Source: an uncultured Acidimicrobiales bacterium (GTDB lineage Bacteria > Actinomycetota > Acidimicrobiia > Acidimicrobiales > SHLQ01). From it: DNA of 64,000 bases. A model generated the notes under the pieces. It searched no databases and was not told the origin of the DNA. It saw only the letters and a list, made by a program, of their open reading frames with translations. The position numbers were made by a program, and so were the translations under genes. The DNA lies in contig CALHYX010000042.1 of NCBI GenBank assembly GCA_938041035.1, positions 2,731 to 66,730 of the forward strand, read 5' to 3'. Positions 21,685-30,475 of this stretch are shown one piece after another. Position 1 is the first letter of the stretch, and every line of letters starts with the position of its first letter.

Positions 21685-22671
21685 TCAGAGGCGGGCAACC
21701 TGCCCGAACTCGAGCTCGACCGGCGTTTCGCGGCCGAAGATGTTGACCAGCACCTTGACCTTGGCCTGGTCTTCGTTGATCTCGACCACCTCGCCGGAGA
21801 AGTCGGCGAAGGGGCCTTCTTTGACCCGGACGGTCTCGCCGAGCTCGAACGCCAGCCGGGCCTTGACCTTGGTCGGGGCATCGCCTTTGCGTTCGGGGTC
21901 TTCGACATGCAGGAAGGTCTCGACCTCGCGCCGGGACAGCGGGGAGGGTTTGCCGCCCGCTCCGACAAAGTTCACGATGCCGGGGGTGTTGCGGATCACG
22001 TACCACGAGTCGTCGTCGAGGTAGCAGCGCACGAGCAGGTAGCCCGGGAACATCTTCTTTTGGACAACGACTTTCTTGCCGCCCTTGAACTCCACGACAT
22101 CGTCCATGGGGATGACCACTTCGTGGATCTGTTCCTCCATGTTCATCGAGGCGGTGCGGGCTTCGAGGTTCTGCTTGACCTTCTTCTCGTATCCCGACTG
22201 GGTGTGCACGACGTACCAACGGCCGCGCTTGTCGTAGGGGCTCTGGGGCGGCGGTGCCGCTGCTTCCTCGGCCATTTCGTCGAGCGTGGCCTCGGCATCA
22301 TCGGCGGTCGCCTCGGCCGCTTCTTCGACCGGAGCTTCCTCGGCGGGCGCTTCGGCTTCGTCGACCGGAGCTTCCTCGACCGGAGCTTCCTCGGCCGCGA
22401 TGGCTTCTGCCTCCGGCTCGGGGGCTTGCTCGACGGGAGACTCATCGACAGCAGCTTCTTCGGCCGAAGCTTCCTCGACGGGAGCTTCCTCGGCGACCGG
22501 TTCCTCGACCGCGGCCGCTTCGGCTTCCTCGGCCGCCGGCTCAGCCGGGGTGTCGGTGACATCGATCGCCAGGTCGGCGTCGGTGGCTTCGATTACGGGC
22601 GCGTTCTCGACGGTCGGTTCGTCGGCAAGCGCCAACTCCTCGGCATCGCCGGGCTCGGGTGACATGGTCAT
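21685..22671 (-). CDS. nusG: Transcription termination/antitermination factor NusG with acidic N-terminal extension
   Basis: WYVVHTQSGYE, FPGYLLV, GPFADF and IFGRETPVEL motifs; about 140-aa E/A/P-rich N-terminus. Confidence 0.96.
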   Translation of the reverse strand: MTMSPEPGDAEELALADEPTVENAPVIEATDADLAIDVTDTPAEPAAEEAEAAAVEEPVAEEAPVEEASAEEAAVDESPVEQAPEPEAEAIAAEEAPVEEAPVDEAEAPAEEAPVEEAAEATADDAEATLDEMAEEAAAPPPQSPYDKRGRWYVVHTQSGYEKKVKQNLEARTASMNMEEQIHEVVIPMDDVVEFKGGKKVVVQKKMFPGYLLVRCYLDDDSWYVIRNTPGIVNFVGAGGKPSPLSRREVETFLHVEDPERKGDAPTKVKARLAFELGETVRVKEGPFADFSGEVVEINEDQAKVKVLVNIFGRETPVELEFGQVARL

Positions 22672-22721
22672 GTGAAGATCTTTTCTTACGTCGGTGCTGG
22701 AGAACGAATCGGCGTGTCGGA

Positions 22722-23021
22722 TTAGGTCTCGAACAGCCGGAGCACCGACTCTGCGAAGCCCCAGTCGAGCAACGCGATAAACGCCGTCAGAACCGTCACG
22801 GTCACCAGAACGATTACGGAGTAGTTGACGGTCTCCTCCCGGCTGGGCCAGGCGACCTTGCGCAACTCGTTGCGAACCTCTTTGACGAACTCCGCCGGAG
22901 CGGTGCGCTCTTCGCGCAGCTGCTTGTTGGGCTGCGCCCGCTTCTTGGCGACGAAGTCGCCATCGTCGTTGAGCTCACCCTGGCGCTTCAGCGCCCGCTT
23001 CTGCTCTCGGTTCATCGCCAT
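22722..23021 (-). CDS. secE: Preprotein translocase subunit SecE
   Basis: EVRNELRKVAWPSR plus one TM; lies between tRNA-Trp and nusG. Confidence 0.95.
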   Translation of the reverse strand: MAMNREQKRALKRQGELNDDGDFVAKKRAQPNKQLREERTAPAEFVKEVRNELRKVAWPSREETVNYSVIVLVTVTVLTAFIALLDWGFAESVLRLFET

Positions 23022-23052
23022 GTCGTTAGAGGCACTCCGTTGATGGGTACAG

Positions 23053-23125
23053 CAGGGCAGGAGGGACTCGAACCCCCAACCGCCGGTTTTGGAGACCGGT
23101 GCTCTACCAATTGAGCCACTGCCCT
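23053..23125 (-). tRNA. tRNA-Trp (CCA)
   Basis: AGGGCAG/CTGCCCT acceptor stem, anticodon loop CT-CCA-AA, TTCGAG T-loop; upstream of secE. Confidence 0.96.
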
Positions 23126-23231
23126 ACGGGGGGTTCCCCGTCTGGTGAGGATAGCAGGACAATTTCGCTATCCGCCGCGCGAAAGAACGCAACCGCCGCG
23201 CTCGGAGACCGGCGCAAACCCGCAGGGATGG

Positions 23232-23546
23232 TCAGCTGACTCGGCGCGAACGGGTGACAACCCAGGCCCCGGCAGCCAGGCCGGACATGGCCGCCATCGC
23301 CCGTTGTCGCCGCATGGCCCGCTCATCGAGGGCATCGAGCGCTTCGAATAATGCCTCCAGGGCTTCGGGGTCGGTCCGCATGCGCAGTTCGGACAGGTCT
23401 GCGAGCGTCAGCCGCAGCTTGGAGTTCTGCCACCGTTCGTGGCGACACGTTTCACAGGCGGCCAGATGACGCACGGTAAACGGGTCGAGGAGCGCGTCAT
23501 CCCACAGGGCCGGTCGAGCCCGTTCGGGGAGGACGTCACACCGCAC
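23232..23546 (-). CDS. Putative zinc-binding (ZAS) anti-sigma factor
   Basis: GTG start overlapping the sigma stop: MRCD...RHLAACETC (C...HxxxCxxC), with a short C-terminal hydrophobic helix followed by basic residues. Confidence 0.7.
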   Translation of the reverse strand: MRCDVLPERARPALWDDALLDPFTVRHLAACETCRHERWQNSKLRLTLADLSELRMRTDPEALEALFEALDALDERAMRRQRAMAAMSGLAAGAWVVTRSRRVS

Positions 23547-24237
23547 GGATCTGCCCTTCGTCGCGATCGATGTCGAGATGGGCCTCGAGCGAAACGACGA
23601 CCGCGTCGACGGTGTCGAGTTCGACCCCGGTTTCAGCGGCATCGGCCTCGGAGCGGCGGGCGTTCAGCGCCTCGCGGATCTCGTGGCGATCAAACACCAG
23701 CTCGCGCAGCCGATGGCGGGCCCGGTGCAGGCGAACCTTGGCGGCGGTCTCACTGATCCCCAGCTCCTCGGCGATCGCGTGATGCGACAGGTCGTAGGAG
23801 TCGCGCAAGATGACGACGGCGCGCAGCCGTTCGGGCAGGCGGGACAGGGCTCGCTGGACCTCATCGCGCAGCGCCGAGGCGTCGGCCTGAAGCTCCGGGT
23901 TCGCCCCCGGATCCTCGTCGGCGATCGGTGAGTCGTCGAGCAGCTGATCGTAACGATGCCGCTTGCGCCGCCCGAGATGGGTCGAGGCACAGTTGGTCGT
24001 GATCCGGTACAGCCAGGTCGAGAACCGGCTGTCGGCCCGGAATCGACGCATATGCCGATACGCCCGGATGTAGGCCTCCTGGGCAACATCGCCGGCGTCC
24101 TCGCGGTTGCCGGTCAGCCGGTAGGCGAGCGTGAAGGTGTCGTCATAGGTGCGCCGCACCAATTCGTCGAAGGCCACCCGATCACCGGTTCGCGCCTGGG
24201 TCACCAGATCTTCGAGCGTGGCGGTTGGTTCACTCAT
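23536..24237 (-). CDS. ECF (sigma-70 group 4) RNA polymerase sigma factor
   Basis: DAGDVAQEAYIRAY and FSTWLYRI (region 2); LPERLRAVVILR...IAEELGISETAAKVRLHRAR (region 4). Start 24237 or 24255. Confidence 0.92.
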   Translation of the reverse strand: MSEPTATLEDLVTQARTGDRVAFDELVRRTYDDTFTLAYRLTGNREDAGDVAQEAYIRAYRHMRRFRADSRFSTWLYRITTNCASTHLGRRKRHRYDQLLDDSPIADEDPGANPELQADASALRDEVQRALSRLPERLRAVVILRDSYDLSHHAIAEELGISETAAKVRLHRARHRLRELVFDRHEIREALNARRSEADAAETGVELDTVDAVVVSLEAHLDIDRDEGQIRAV

Positions 24238-24321
24238 CACCACTTTGGACCGCATGGGAACCTCCGTCGTTACGTCGAACCGATTACTGCCAGGGTAGGC
24301 CCCGGCCGAGGGTGAGCGGGC

Positions 24322-24483
24322 TCAGCGGGTTTCCTTGTGCAGCGTGTGCTTACGGTCCCACTTGCAGTACTTCTGCAACTCGACGCGGTCACGGGTGTTC
24401 ACCTTTGACTTCGTCGTGATGTAGTTGCGCCGCTTGCACTCCTGGCACTCGAGCGTGACCTGAACTCGCTTGTCTGACGCCAT
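24322..24483 (-). CDS. rpmG: 50S ribosomal protein L33
   Basis: Absent from the ORF track. Translates as [53 protein letters not shown]. Confidence 0.96.
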   Translation of the reverse strand: MASDKRVQVTLECQECKRRNYITTKSKVNTRDRVELQKYCKWDRKHTLHKETR

Positions 24484-24563
24484 CTTCGGATTACCTTCTT
24501 GAAACTGACCGAGCCGGGAATGTCCCGGCGGGGGTGGATCCGGGCGAACCCGGGGGTGGTTAG

Positions 24564-24637
24564 TAGCGACGGAGAGACTTGAACTCTCGACCTCTCGATT
24601 ATGAGTCGAGCGCTCTTACCAGCTGAGCTACGTCGCC
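24564..24637 (-). tRNA. tRNA-Met (CAT), probably elongator
   Basis: GGCGACG/CGTCGCT acceptor, anticodon loop CT-CAT-AA; Thr-Met-rpmG order. Confidence 0.92.
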
Positions 24638-24663
24638 ATCGATGGACCACTGCGGCCCGGCGG

Positions 24664-24736
24664 AGCTCCCTGACAGAATCGAACTGTCGACCTTTTCCTT
24701 ACCATGGAAACGCTCTACCGACTGAGCTAAGGGAGC
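24664..24736 (-). tRNA. tRNA-Thr (GGT)
   Basis: GCTCCC(T)/(A)GGGAGC acceptor, anticodon loop AT-GGT-AA, TTCGAT T-loop. Confidence 0.94.
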
Positions 24737-24877
24737 ACGGCGGTAGCGGCTTACGGCCGCTATCTCCGGGTGAAAATATGCCACAGCATGGCGCGTTCCC
24801 CAACCTGTAATCCATATCGCGCGGAAACTCACTGGTGGAAACCTCAACTACCGCCCCGGTGTAGTCGATTGGAAACC

Positions 24878-26578
24878 GTGAGATTTCAACGCCTGCTGCT
24901 CGAAACCGGACAGGAAGCGACCTGGACGTCGCTCGACTTCCATCCCGCGATGACCGTGGTCACGGGTACGAACGACGCCAACCAGGGCGTTGTTCGGCGG
25001 GAGTTGATCAACTCATTGACCACCGGACGCAAGGGCGTGCACGTCGAGCTGCGCACCGACCGGGGCCGTTCCCTCGCTGTCATTCGCTCCGACAAGGCCG
25101 CGGACATGGTCCTCGACGCCGATCAGCAAGAAGATGTGACCGCCGAGTTCACCGCCGACGGCGCGATCGATCTGTTGTCGGGTATGGGACTCGATCCCAT
25201 CGCCTCCGCCATCGACATGGGAGTGGCCCGGGGTGAACTGATGCACCGCGGCGCCGACGACCGCGACCTCGACCGCCTCGCCCGACTCGACCAGGGTCTG
25301 CTGTTCGAGTTGGTCGAAGAGGTCAAGCGCACCACGGCGCTCGTGACCCAGACCGAGTCGGAGTTCCAGCAGTCGATCGCATCGGTGAACGCACCCAAGG
25401 AAAACCGCGAACAACTCGACGAAGCCGTCGAGGCCTACCACGAGATGGCCTACGACCAGTTCAGCGGGAGCAACAAGCGCACCGGGCTCTACTTCGCAAT
25501 CGCGGCCGTCCTCGCCGCGCTCACCGCCGCCGGGCTCGTCCTGGCGACCTCGATCATCACGATCGCCGCGTTCGCGTTGGCGTTGGCCGCCGCGCTCTAC
25601 ACCGGATATCGCTTTCTCGAACCCAAGATGCAGGAACGCAAGTTCCGGTCCGCGGTCGCCGATTCCGGCGAGGACTCCCTCTTCAGCGCCCAGCTGGGCC
25701 GAGTCGACGGACTGCTCGAAAGCGGCGCCATTCGATCCCGCAAGCGCGAGGCGGTCGAGGCACGGGATCGGGCGCAGCAGGCCTGGGCCGACTTCACCGG
25801 CTCGGCCGATCTGAACTGGGTCGGCGAGAACCAGGAGCTCCTCGCACGAGCCGCCGAAATGCATCGCACCGCCGGACTCGATCCCTCCCAGGCCAGCGAG
25901 ACCTTCGGGGCCCTCGTGGCGCGGCTGACCTTCGCCGCCGCCGAAGACCCGAAGCTCGAAGCGCTGCCGGTCATCATCGAGGAACCGTTCGAGGCCATGC
26001 GGGTCGAAGAGCGCCACGCGGCACTGCAGCTGCTTGCGATCACCGCCCAAAACCGCCAGCGCATCGTCGTCAGCAACGACCCCGAGGTCCTGCGCTGGGC
26101 CAAGGCCGGCGAAGCCGAGCAGTACCTGTCGATCCTCTCGCTGAGCCAGCCCGCTCCGGCCCCCGCCGCGCCCGCCCAGCCGGCCCCCGCATCTGCATCT
26201 GCATCTGCACCTGCACCTGCACCGGCTCCAGCACCCACCCAGACCGCGCCGGCTCCAGCAGCCACCCAGATCGCGCCGGCTCCAGCACCCACCCAGGCCG
26301 CGCCGGCTCCAGCACCCACCCAGACCGCGCCGGCTCCAGCACCCACCCAGACCGCGCCTGCCCAGGCCGCGCCAGCGCAGCCGGCACCTGCACCTGCACC
26401 TGCCCCGGCTCCCGCCGCCGAGTCGGCGCCGGAGGCACCGGCCCCCGCACCGATGCCTGCGGTGATGAACACCACGTTGCCCGACATGCCAGCGACCCTG
26501 GCCGAGGCACTACCCGACCCGCTCGGCGATCCTCTCGCGAACCCGCTCGGCGACCCCCTCGGCCACCCGACCAGCTAG
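24878..26578 (+). CDS. Membrane-anchored coiled-coil protein resembling a degenerate SMC/AAA-like ATPase, with a Pro/Ala-rich tail
   Basis: N-terminal LDFHPAMTVVTG (precedes Walker A in SMC-like proteins, but no GKS/T follows), two central TMs, C-terminal LPVIIEEPF (Walker-B-like) and QRIVVSND. Start GTG 24878. Confidence 0.6.
   Translation: MRFQRLLLETGQEATWTSLDFHPAMTVVTGTNDANQGVVRRELINSLTTGRKGVHVELRTDRGRSLAVIRSDKAADMVLDADQQEDVTAEFTADGAIDLLSGMGLDPIASAIDMGVARGELMHRGADDRDLDRLARLDQGLLFELVEEVKRTTALVTQTESEFQQSIASVNAPKENREQLDEAVEAYHEMAYDQFSGSNKRTGLYFAIAAVLAALTAAGLVLATSIITIAAFALALAAALYTGYRFLEPKMQERKFRSAVADSGEDSLFSAQLGRVDGLLESGAIRSRKREAVEARDRAQQAWADFTGSADLNWVGENQELLARAAEMHRTAGLDPSQASETFGALVARLTFAAAEDPKLEALPVIIEEPFEAMRVEERHAALQLLAITAQNRQRIVVSNDPEVLRWAKAGEAEQYLSILSLSQPAPAPAAPAQPAPASASASAPAPAPAPAPTQTAPAPAATQIAPAPAPTQAAPAPAPTQTAPAPAPTQTAPAQAAPAQPAPAPAPAPAPAAESAPEAPAPAPMPAVMNTTLPDMPATLAEALPDPLGDPLANPLGDPLGHPTS
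26222..26356 (+). repeat. 27-bp tandem repeat x5 (PAPAPTQTA)
   Basis: ccggctccagcacccacccagaccgcg at 26222, 26249, 26276, 26303 and 26330 (three identical); preceded by (GCATCT/GCACCT)n. Confidence 0.93.
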
Positions 26579-26622
26579 CGACGCCGGCCCTCGGTGCAGA
26601 CGGGCCCAGCTGTGAAAACGGC

Positions 26623-26653
26623 AATCGCCAGGCCCCGAAGAGACCTGGCGATT
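26623..26653. terminator. Hairpin between the convergent ORF and tRNA-Tyr
   Basis: AATCGCCAGG-N11-CCTGGCGATT. Confidence 0.6.
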
Positions 26654-26658
26654 TCGCG

Positions 26659-26740
26659 TGGGCCGGGGAGGATTTGAACCTCCGAAGGCAATGCCGACGG
26701 GTTTACAGCCCGTTCCCTTTGGCCACTCGGGCACCGACCC
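26659..26740 (-). tRNA. tRNA-Tyr (GTA)
   Basis: GGGTCGG/CCGGCCC acceptor, loop CT-GTA-AA, long variable arm. Confidence 0.95.
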
Positions 26741-26776
26741 GCGAAGCGTTGAGGATAGCGGGAAAAGACGAATCCG

Positions 26777-27274
26777 CTAGTTGGATTCGGTAAGGATCTT
26801 CTGCAGGATCATCACGTCGAGCCACCGACCAAACTTGCGACCCACCTGGCGTTCCACCCCGACGGGGGAAAAGCCGAGCGATTCGTGCAGCCGTATCGAC
26901 GCCTCCTGCCCGACCACAATCTTGGCGAAGACGGCGTGGAAGCCGTGGCGTTCGGCCACGTCGAGGAGTTCGGTCAGCAGCGCCTGGCCCAGCCCCTGAC
27001 CGTGGTAGTCGGGGTGCAGATAGATGCTGTCCTCGACCGAGGTCCGGTAGGCGGCGCGTTGTCGGTACGGCGAGAGGCTGGCGAAACCGGCCACCACCCC
27101 ATCGACCTCGGCCACCAGCACCACGTGCACGCCGCTCCGGTCGCGCAAACGCTCGGTCTGTTCCGCCAGCGTCAACGGCTCGATCTCGGTGGTGATGGTC
27201 GAGTCCGTCACGTACGGGTTGTAGATCAGACGAATCGCTTCGGCATCGTCGACCGTCGCGCTGCGGATCTCCAC
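26777..27274 (-). CDS. GNAT N-acetyltransferase (phosphinothricin/methionine-sulfoximine acetyltransferase-like)
   Basis: AYRTSVEDSIY, HGQGLGQALL, ASIRLHESLGF and GRKFGRWLDV motifs. Confidence 0.9.
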   Translation of the reverse strand: MEIRSATVDDAEAIRLIYNPYVTDSTITTEIEPLTLAEQTERLRDRSGVHVVLVAEVDGVVAGFASLSPYRQRAAYRTSVEDSIYLHPDYHGQGLGQALLTELLDVAERHGFHAVFAKIVVGQEASIRLHESLGFSPVGVERQVGRKFGRWLDVMILQKILTESN

Positions 27275-27762
27275 TAGTCCCGAAAATTGTTGAACTGCAA
27301 CGGAAGGCCGAAGTCCTCGCCCTTCAGCGCGGCGATGACCTCCTGAAGGTGATCGCGCTTTTTGCCCTGAACCCGAAGCTGGTCGCCCTGGGTGGACGAT
27401 TGGATGCCCTTCAGCCCCAGGCCTTTGATGAACTTGTTGAGCTCCTTGGCCTTCTCCGAGCTGATACCCGCCTGAAGGGTCGCGCTCTGCCGCACCGTCG
27501 CGCCAGACGCCTCCTCCACCGAGCCGTAGTCGAGCACCTTCAGCGACACCTTGCGCTTGACCAGTTTTTCCTCGAGCACCTGGCGCAGGGCGATCAGTCG
27601 ATCCTCACTCGACGACGCCATGGCGATCGCCGACTCGTTCAACTCGACCGAGGAGTTCGTGTCCTTGAAGTCATAGCGCTGGGACACCTCTCGGGCGGCC
27701 TGATCGACCGCGTTGCGCACCTCTTGCATGTCGACTTCGGACACCACGTCAAAGGTGGGCAT
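27274..27762 (-). CDS. yajQ: YajQ family nucleotide (c-di-GMP)-binding protein
   Basis: MPTFDVVSEVD, RYDFK, QGDQLRV, KKRD and LQFNNFRD motifs. Confidence 0.96.
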   Translation of the reverse strand: MPTFDVVSEVDMQEVRNAVDQAAREVSQRYDFKDTNSSVELNESAIAMASSSEDRLIALRQVLEEKLVKRKVSLKVLDYGSVEEASGATVRQSATLQAGISSEKAKELNKFIKGLGLKGIQSSTQGDQLRVQGKKRDHLQEVIAALKGEDFGLPLQFNNFRD

Positions 27763-27813
27763 CGGTTCTGTCTCCTGTTGTTGAGCTGTTGTACGACACC
27801 GGACCCGCCGGTG

Positions 27814-29805
27814 TCAGTCTTCGTCGGCCGCGTCCGCCGCGCCGGCCCGAATCGCCTCGACGACATTGGCATCGGCGAGCGTGGTGGTATCGCCAAGGTC
27901 GCGGCCTTCAGCGACATCGCGCAGCAGACGGCGCATGATCTTTCCGCTGCGGGTCTTGGGCAGGTCGCTGACCAGGAACACCGCCTTCGGGCGGGCGATG
28001 GCCCCCAACTTTGTCGCCACGTGCTGGCGAACCTCCTCGCGCAGTTCGTCGCTCGGCTCGTGGGTACCGCGGAGAATCGTGTAGCCGATGATGGCCTGGC
28101 CGGTCGTTTCATCGGCCGCGCCGACCACGGCCGCCTCAGCCACCGCCGGATGGTCCACAAGCGCCGATTCGATCTCGGTGGTGGAGATTCGGTGACCCGA
28201 GATGTTCATCACATCGTCGACCCGCCCGAGCAGCCACAGGTACCCATCGCTGTCGAGTTTGGCCCCGTCGCCCGCGAAGTAGCGGCCGGCGAACCGGCTC
28301 CAGTACGTCTCGGCATACCGTTCGGGGTCGCCCCAGATACCGCGCAGCATCGATGGCCACGGCCGGGCGATGGTGAGGTAGCCGCCCCCTTCGGTGACCG
28401 GGTTGCCCTCGTCGTCGACCAGCTCGGCGAACACGCCGGGAATCGCGCTGCAGGCCGAGCCCGGCTTGGTCACCGTTACGCCGGGCAGCGGCGAGATCAT
28501 GTGGCCACCGGTTTCGGTCTGCCACCAGGTGTCGACGATCGGTCGGGTACTGCCACCGATGTGTTCGTGGTACCACATCCACGCTTCGGGGTTGATTGGT
28601 TCGCCCACCGTGCCGAGCACGCGCAGCGACGACAGGTCGTGGCGTTCGACCTCTTGGGCACCCCACCGCATGAACGTCCGGATCGCGGTCGGCGCCGTGT
28701 AGAACTGCGTGACCCCGTAACGCTCGATGATGTCCCAGAGCCGGTCCTTGGACCACGCGGCCCGATCGCCTTGGCGCTGCTCCTCGCGCGGCGTGTCGGG
28801 GGTGCCTTCGTACATCACCGACGTGCAGCCGTTGGCCAGTGGCCCGTAGACGATGTAGCTGTGGCCGGTGACCCAACCAATGTCGGCCGCGCACCAGTAC
28901 ACATCGGTCTCGGGCTGGAGGTCGAAGACGTACTTGTGGGTGAAGCACACCTGGGTGAGGTAACCACCCGTCGTGTGCATGATGCCCTTGGGCTTGGCCG
29001 TCGTGCCCGAGGTGTACAGCAGGTACAGCAGTTGCTCGCTGTCCATGGGTTCGGCCGGGCAGTCCGGGTCGGCACTCGCCATCAGATCGTGCCACCAGTG
29101 ATCCCGGCCCTCGACCATTTCGACGTCGGTGTCGCAACGGTTGACCACGACCACGTCGGTGACCGTGGTGCACAGCGGTAGCGCGGCGTCAACGTTCACC
29201 TTGAGCGCCGAAGGTTCGCCGCGCCGGTAGCCGGCGTCGGCGGTGATGATGACCTTGGCCTCGGCGTCGTTGCATCGATCCGAGATGGCGTCGGGGGAAA
29301 ACCCACCGAACACGACGGAGTGAGCCACCCCGATGCGGGTGCACGCCAGCATCGCCACCGGCAGTTCGAGAATCATCGGCATGTAGATGGCGACCCGGTC
29401 GCCCTTGGCCAACCCGAGCCCCAACAACACGTTGGCGAACTTCTGGACGTCGGCCAGCAGGTCGGCGTAGGAAACGGTGCGGGTGTCCCCCGGCTCCCCC
29501 TCCCAGTGGAAGGCGACCTTGTCGCCCTTGCCGGCTTCCACGTGGCGGTCGAGACAGTTGTACGACAGGTTGAGTTCGCCGCCGACGAACCACTTGGCGA
29601 AGGGCAGTTGCCAGTCGAGCACGGTGTCGAAGTCCTTCGACCAACTCACGAGCTCCCGGGCGTACCGGGCCCAAAACGCTTCGTAGTCAGCTTCAGCCTC
29701 GTCATAAAGCGAGCGATCGACGGCCAGAGCAGAGGCGACGAAATCCGACGGAGGCGGGAAGGTCCGTTGCTCGTTTTCGTAGACCTCGATGGCTTGATCG
29801 CTCAT
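27814..29805 (-). CDS. acs: Acetate--CoA ligase
   Basis: YTSGTTAKPKG, VGEPINP, DTWWQTETG and LPKTRSGKIMRR motifs; start ATG 29805. Confidence 0.96.
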   Translation of the reverse strand: MSDQAIEVYENEQRTFPPPSDFVASALAVDRSLYDEAEADYEAFWARYARELVSWSKDFDTVLDWQLPFAKWFVGGELNLSYNCLDRHVEAGKGDKVAFHWEGEPGDTRTVSYADLLADVQKFANVLLGLGLAKGDRVAIYMPMILELPVAMLACTRIGVAHSVVFGGFSPDAISDRCNDAEAKVIITADAGYRRGEPSALKVNVDAALPLCTTVTDVVVVNRCDTDVEMVEGRDHWWHDLMASADPDCPAEPMDSEQLLYLLYTSGTTAKPKGIMHTTGGYLTQVCFTHKYVFDLQPETDVYWCAADIGWVTGHSYIVYGPLANGCTSVMYEGTPDTPREEQRQGDRAAWSKDRLWDIIERYGVTQFYTAPTAIRTFMRWGAQEVERHDLSSLRVLGTVGEPINPEAWMWYHEHIGGSTRPIVDTWWQTETGGHMISPLPGVTVTKPGSACSAIPGVFAELVDDEGNPVTEGGGYLTIARPWPSMLRGIWGDPERYAETYWSRFAGRYFAGDGAKLDSDGYLWLLGRVDDVMNISGHRISTTEIESALVDHPAVAEAAVVGAADETTGQAIIGYTILRGTHEPSDELREEVRQHVATKLGAIARPKAVFLVSDLPKTRSGKIMRRLLRDVAEGRDLGDTTTLADANVVEAIRAGAADAADED

Positions 29806-30051
29806 GCGTTCCCTCAGTGTGCAGCACGTTGCTCGTGGAGATTTCCTAGCAAAAATTGTTGATGGTTGAACAGGCCGCACGCACGGTTGCACCGGCGCCA
29901 CCCACGGCGGTCGGCGGGGCATTCGGGAAAAAGGGGTAAAGAGTCGATAGGGTTCCCGGTGGGCTTCTCCGGAGTTGGTTTCGATCAACCCCGGAGTGTG
30001 GGAGACATCGGCTTGTTCAAGCCACCATCCGCTTAGGGAGAAAAACAAACA

Positions 30052-30411
30052 ATGATTTCCGAATTTAAAGAGTTCCTCGAGAAGTTCAACGTGATTCCGG
30101 TCGCCGTTGGTCTCGTCCTCGCCTTGGCCGTATTGCCATTGGTGGAGGCGGTCGTCAACTTCGTCATGTCGATCGTTGGCGCGCTCGCCGGCGGCGAGGT
30201 CAACTTTGATGATCTCACCTTCAGCCTGCGTGACGGCAGCGTGCCTTACGGCGCACTGATCACCGCGATCATCACCTTCTTGATGATTGCGTTCGTCGTG
30301 TTCATGATCGTGAAGGCCCTCAACAAGGCCGGCGCTCAGACCGCGCTCAACGCGACGCCGGACCAGGCGCTGCTGACCGAGATTCGCGACCTGCTCAAGT
30401 CGGGCCGCTAG
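30052..30411 (+). CDS. mscL: Large-conductance mechanosensitive channel
   Basis: EFKEF, NVIPVAVG, YGALITAIITF and LLTEIRDLL motifs. Confidence 0.9.
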   Translation: MISEFKEFLEKFNVIPVAVGLVLALAVLPLVEAVVNFVMSIVGALAGGEVNFDDLTFSLRDGSVPYGALITAIITFLMIAFVVFMIVKALNKAGAQTALNATPDQALLTEIRDLLKSGR

Positions 30412-30430
30412 TCTCCCGTTTCACTTCGAG

Positions 30431-30458
30431 AGGGCGGTCGCTTCGGCGGCCGCCCTTT
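30431..30458 (+). terminator. Intrinsic terminator after mscL
   Basis: AGGGCGGTCGC-TTCG-GCGGCCGCCCT followed by T residues. Confidence 0.75.
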
Positions 30459-30475
30459 CGGCGTTTTGGGCCGGT

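Noticed and set aside
26222-26356. 27-bp repeats as a CRISPR array
   Set aside because: Head-to-tail with no spacers, in frame within a CDS, and no cas genes present.
23053-26740. Integrative element or prophage at the tRNA genes
   Set aside because: No integrase, no duplicated tRNA 3' end and no obvious composition shift.
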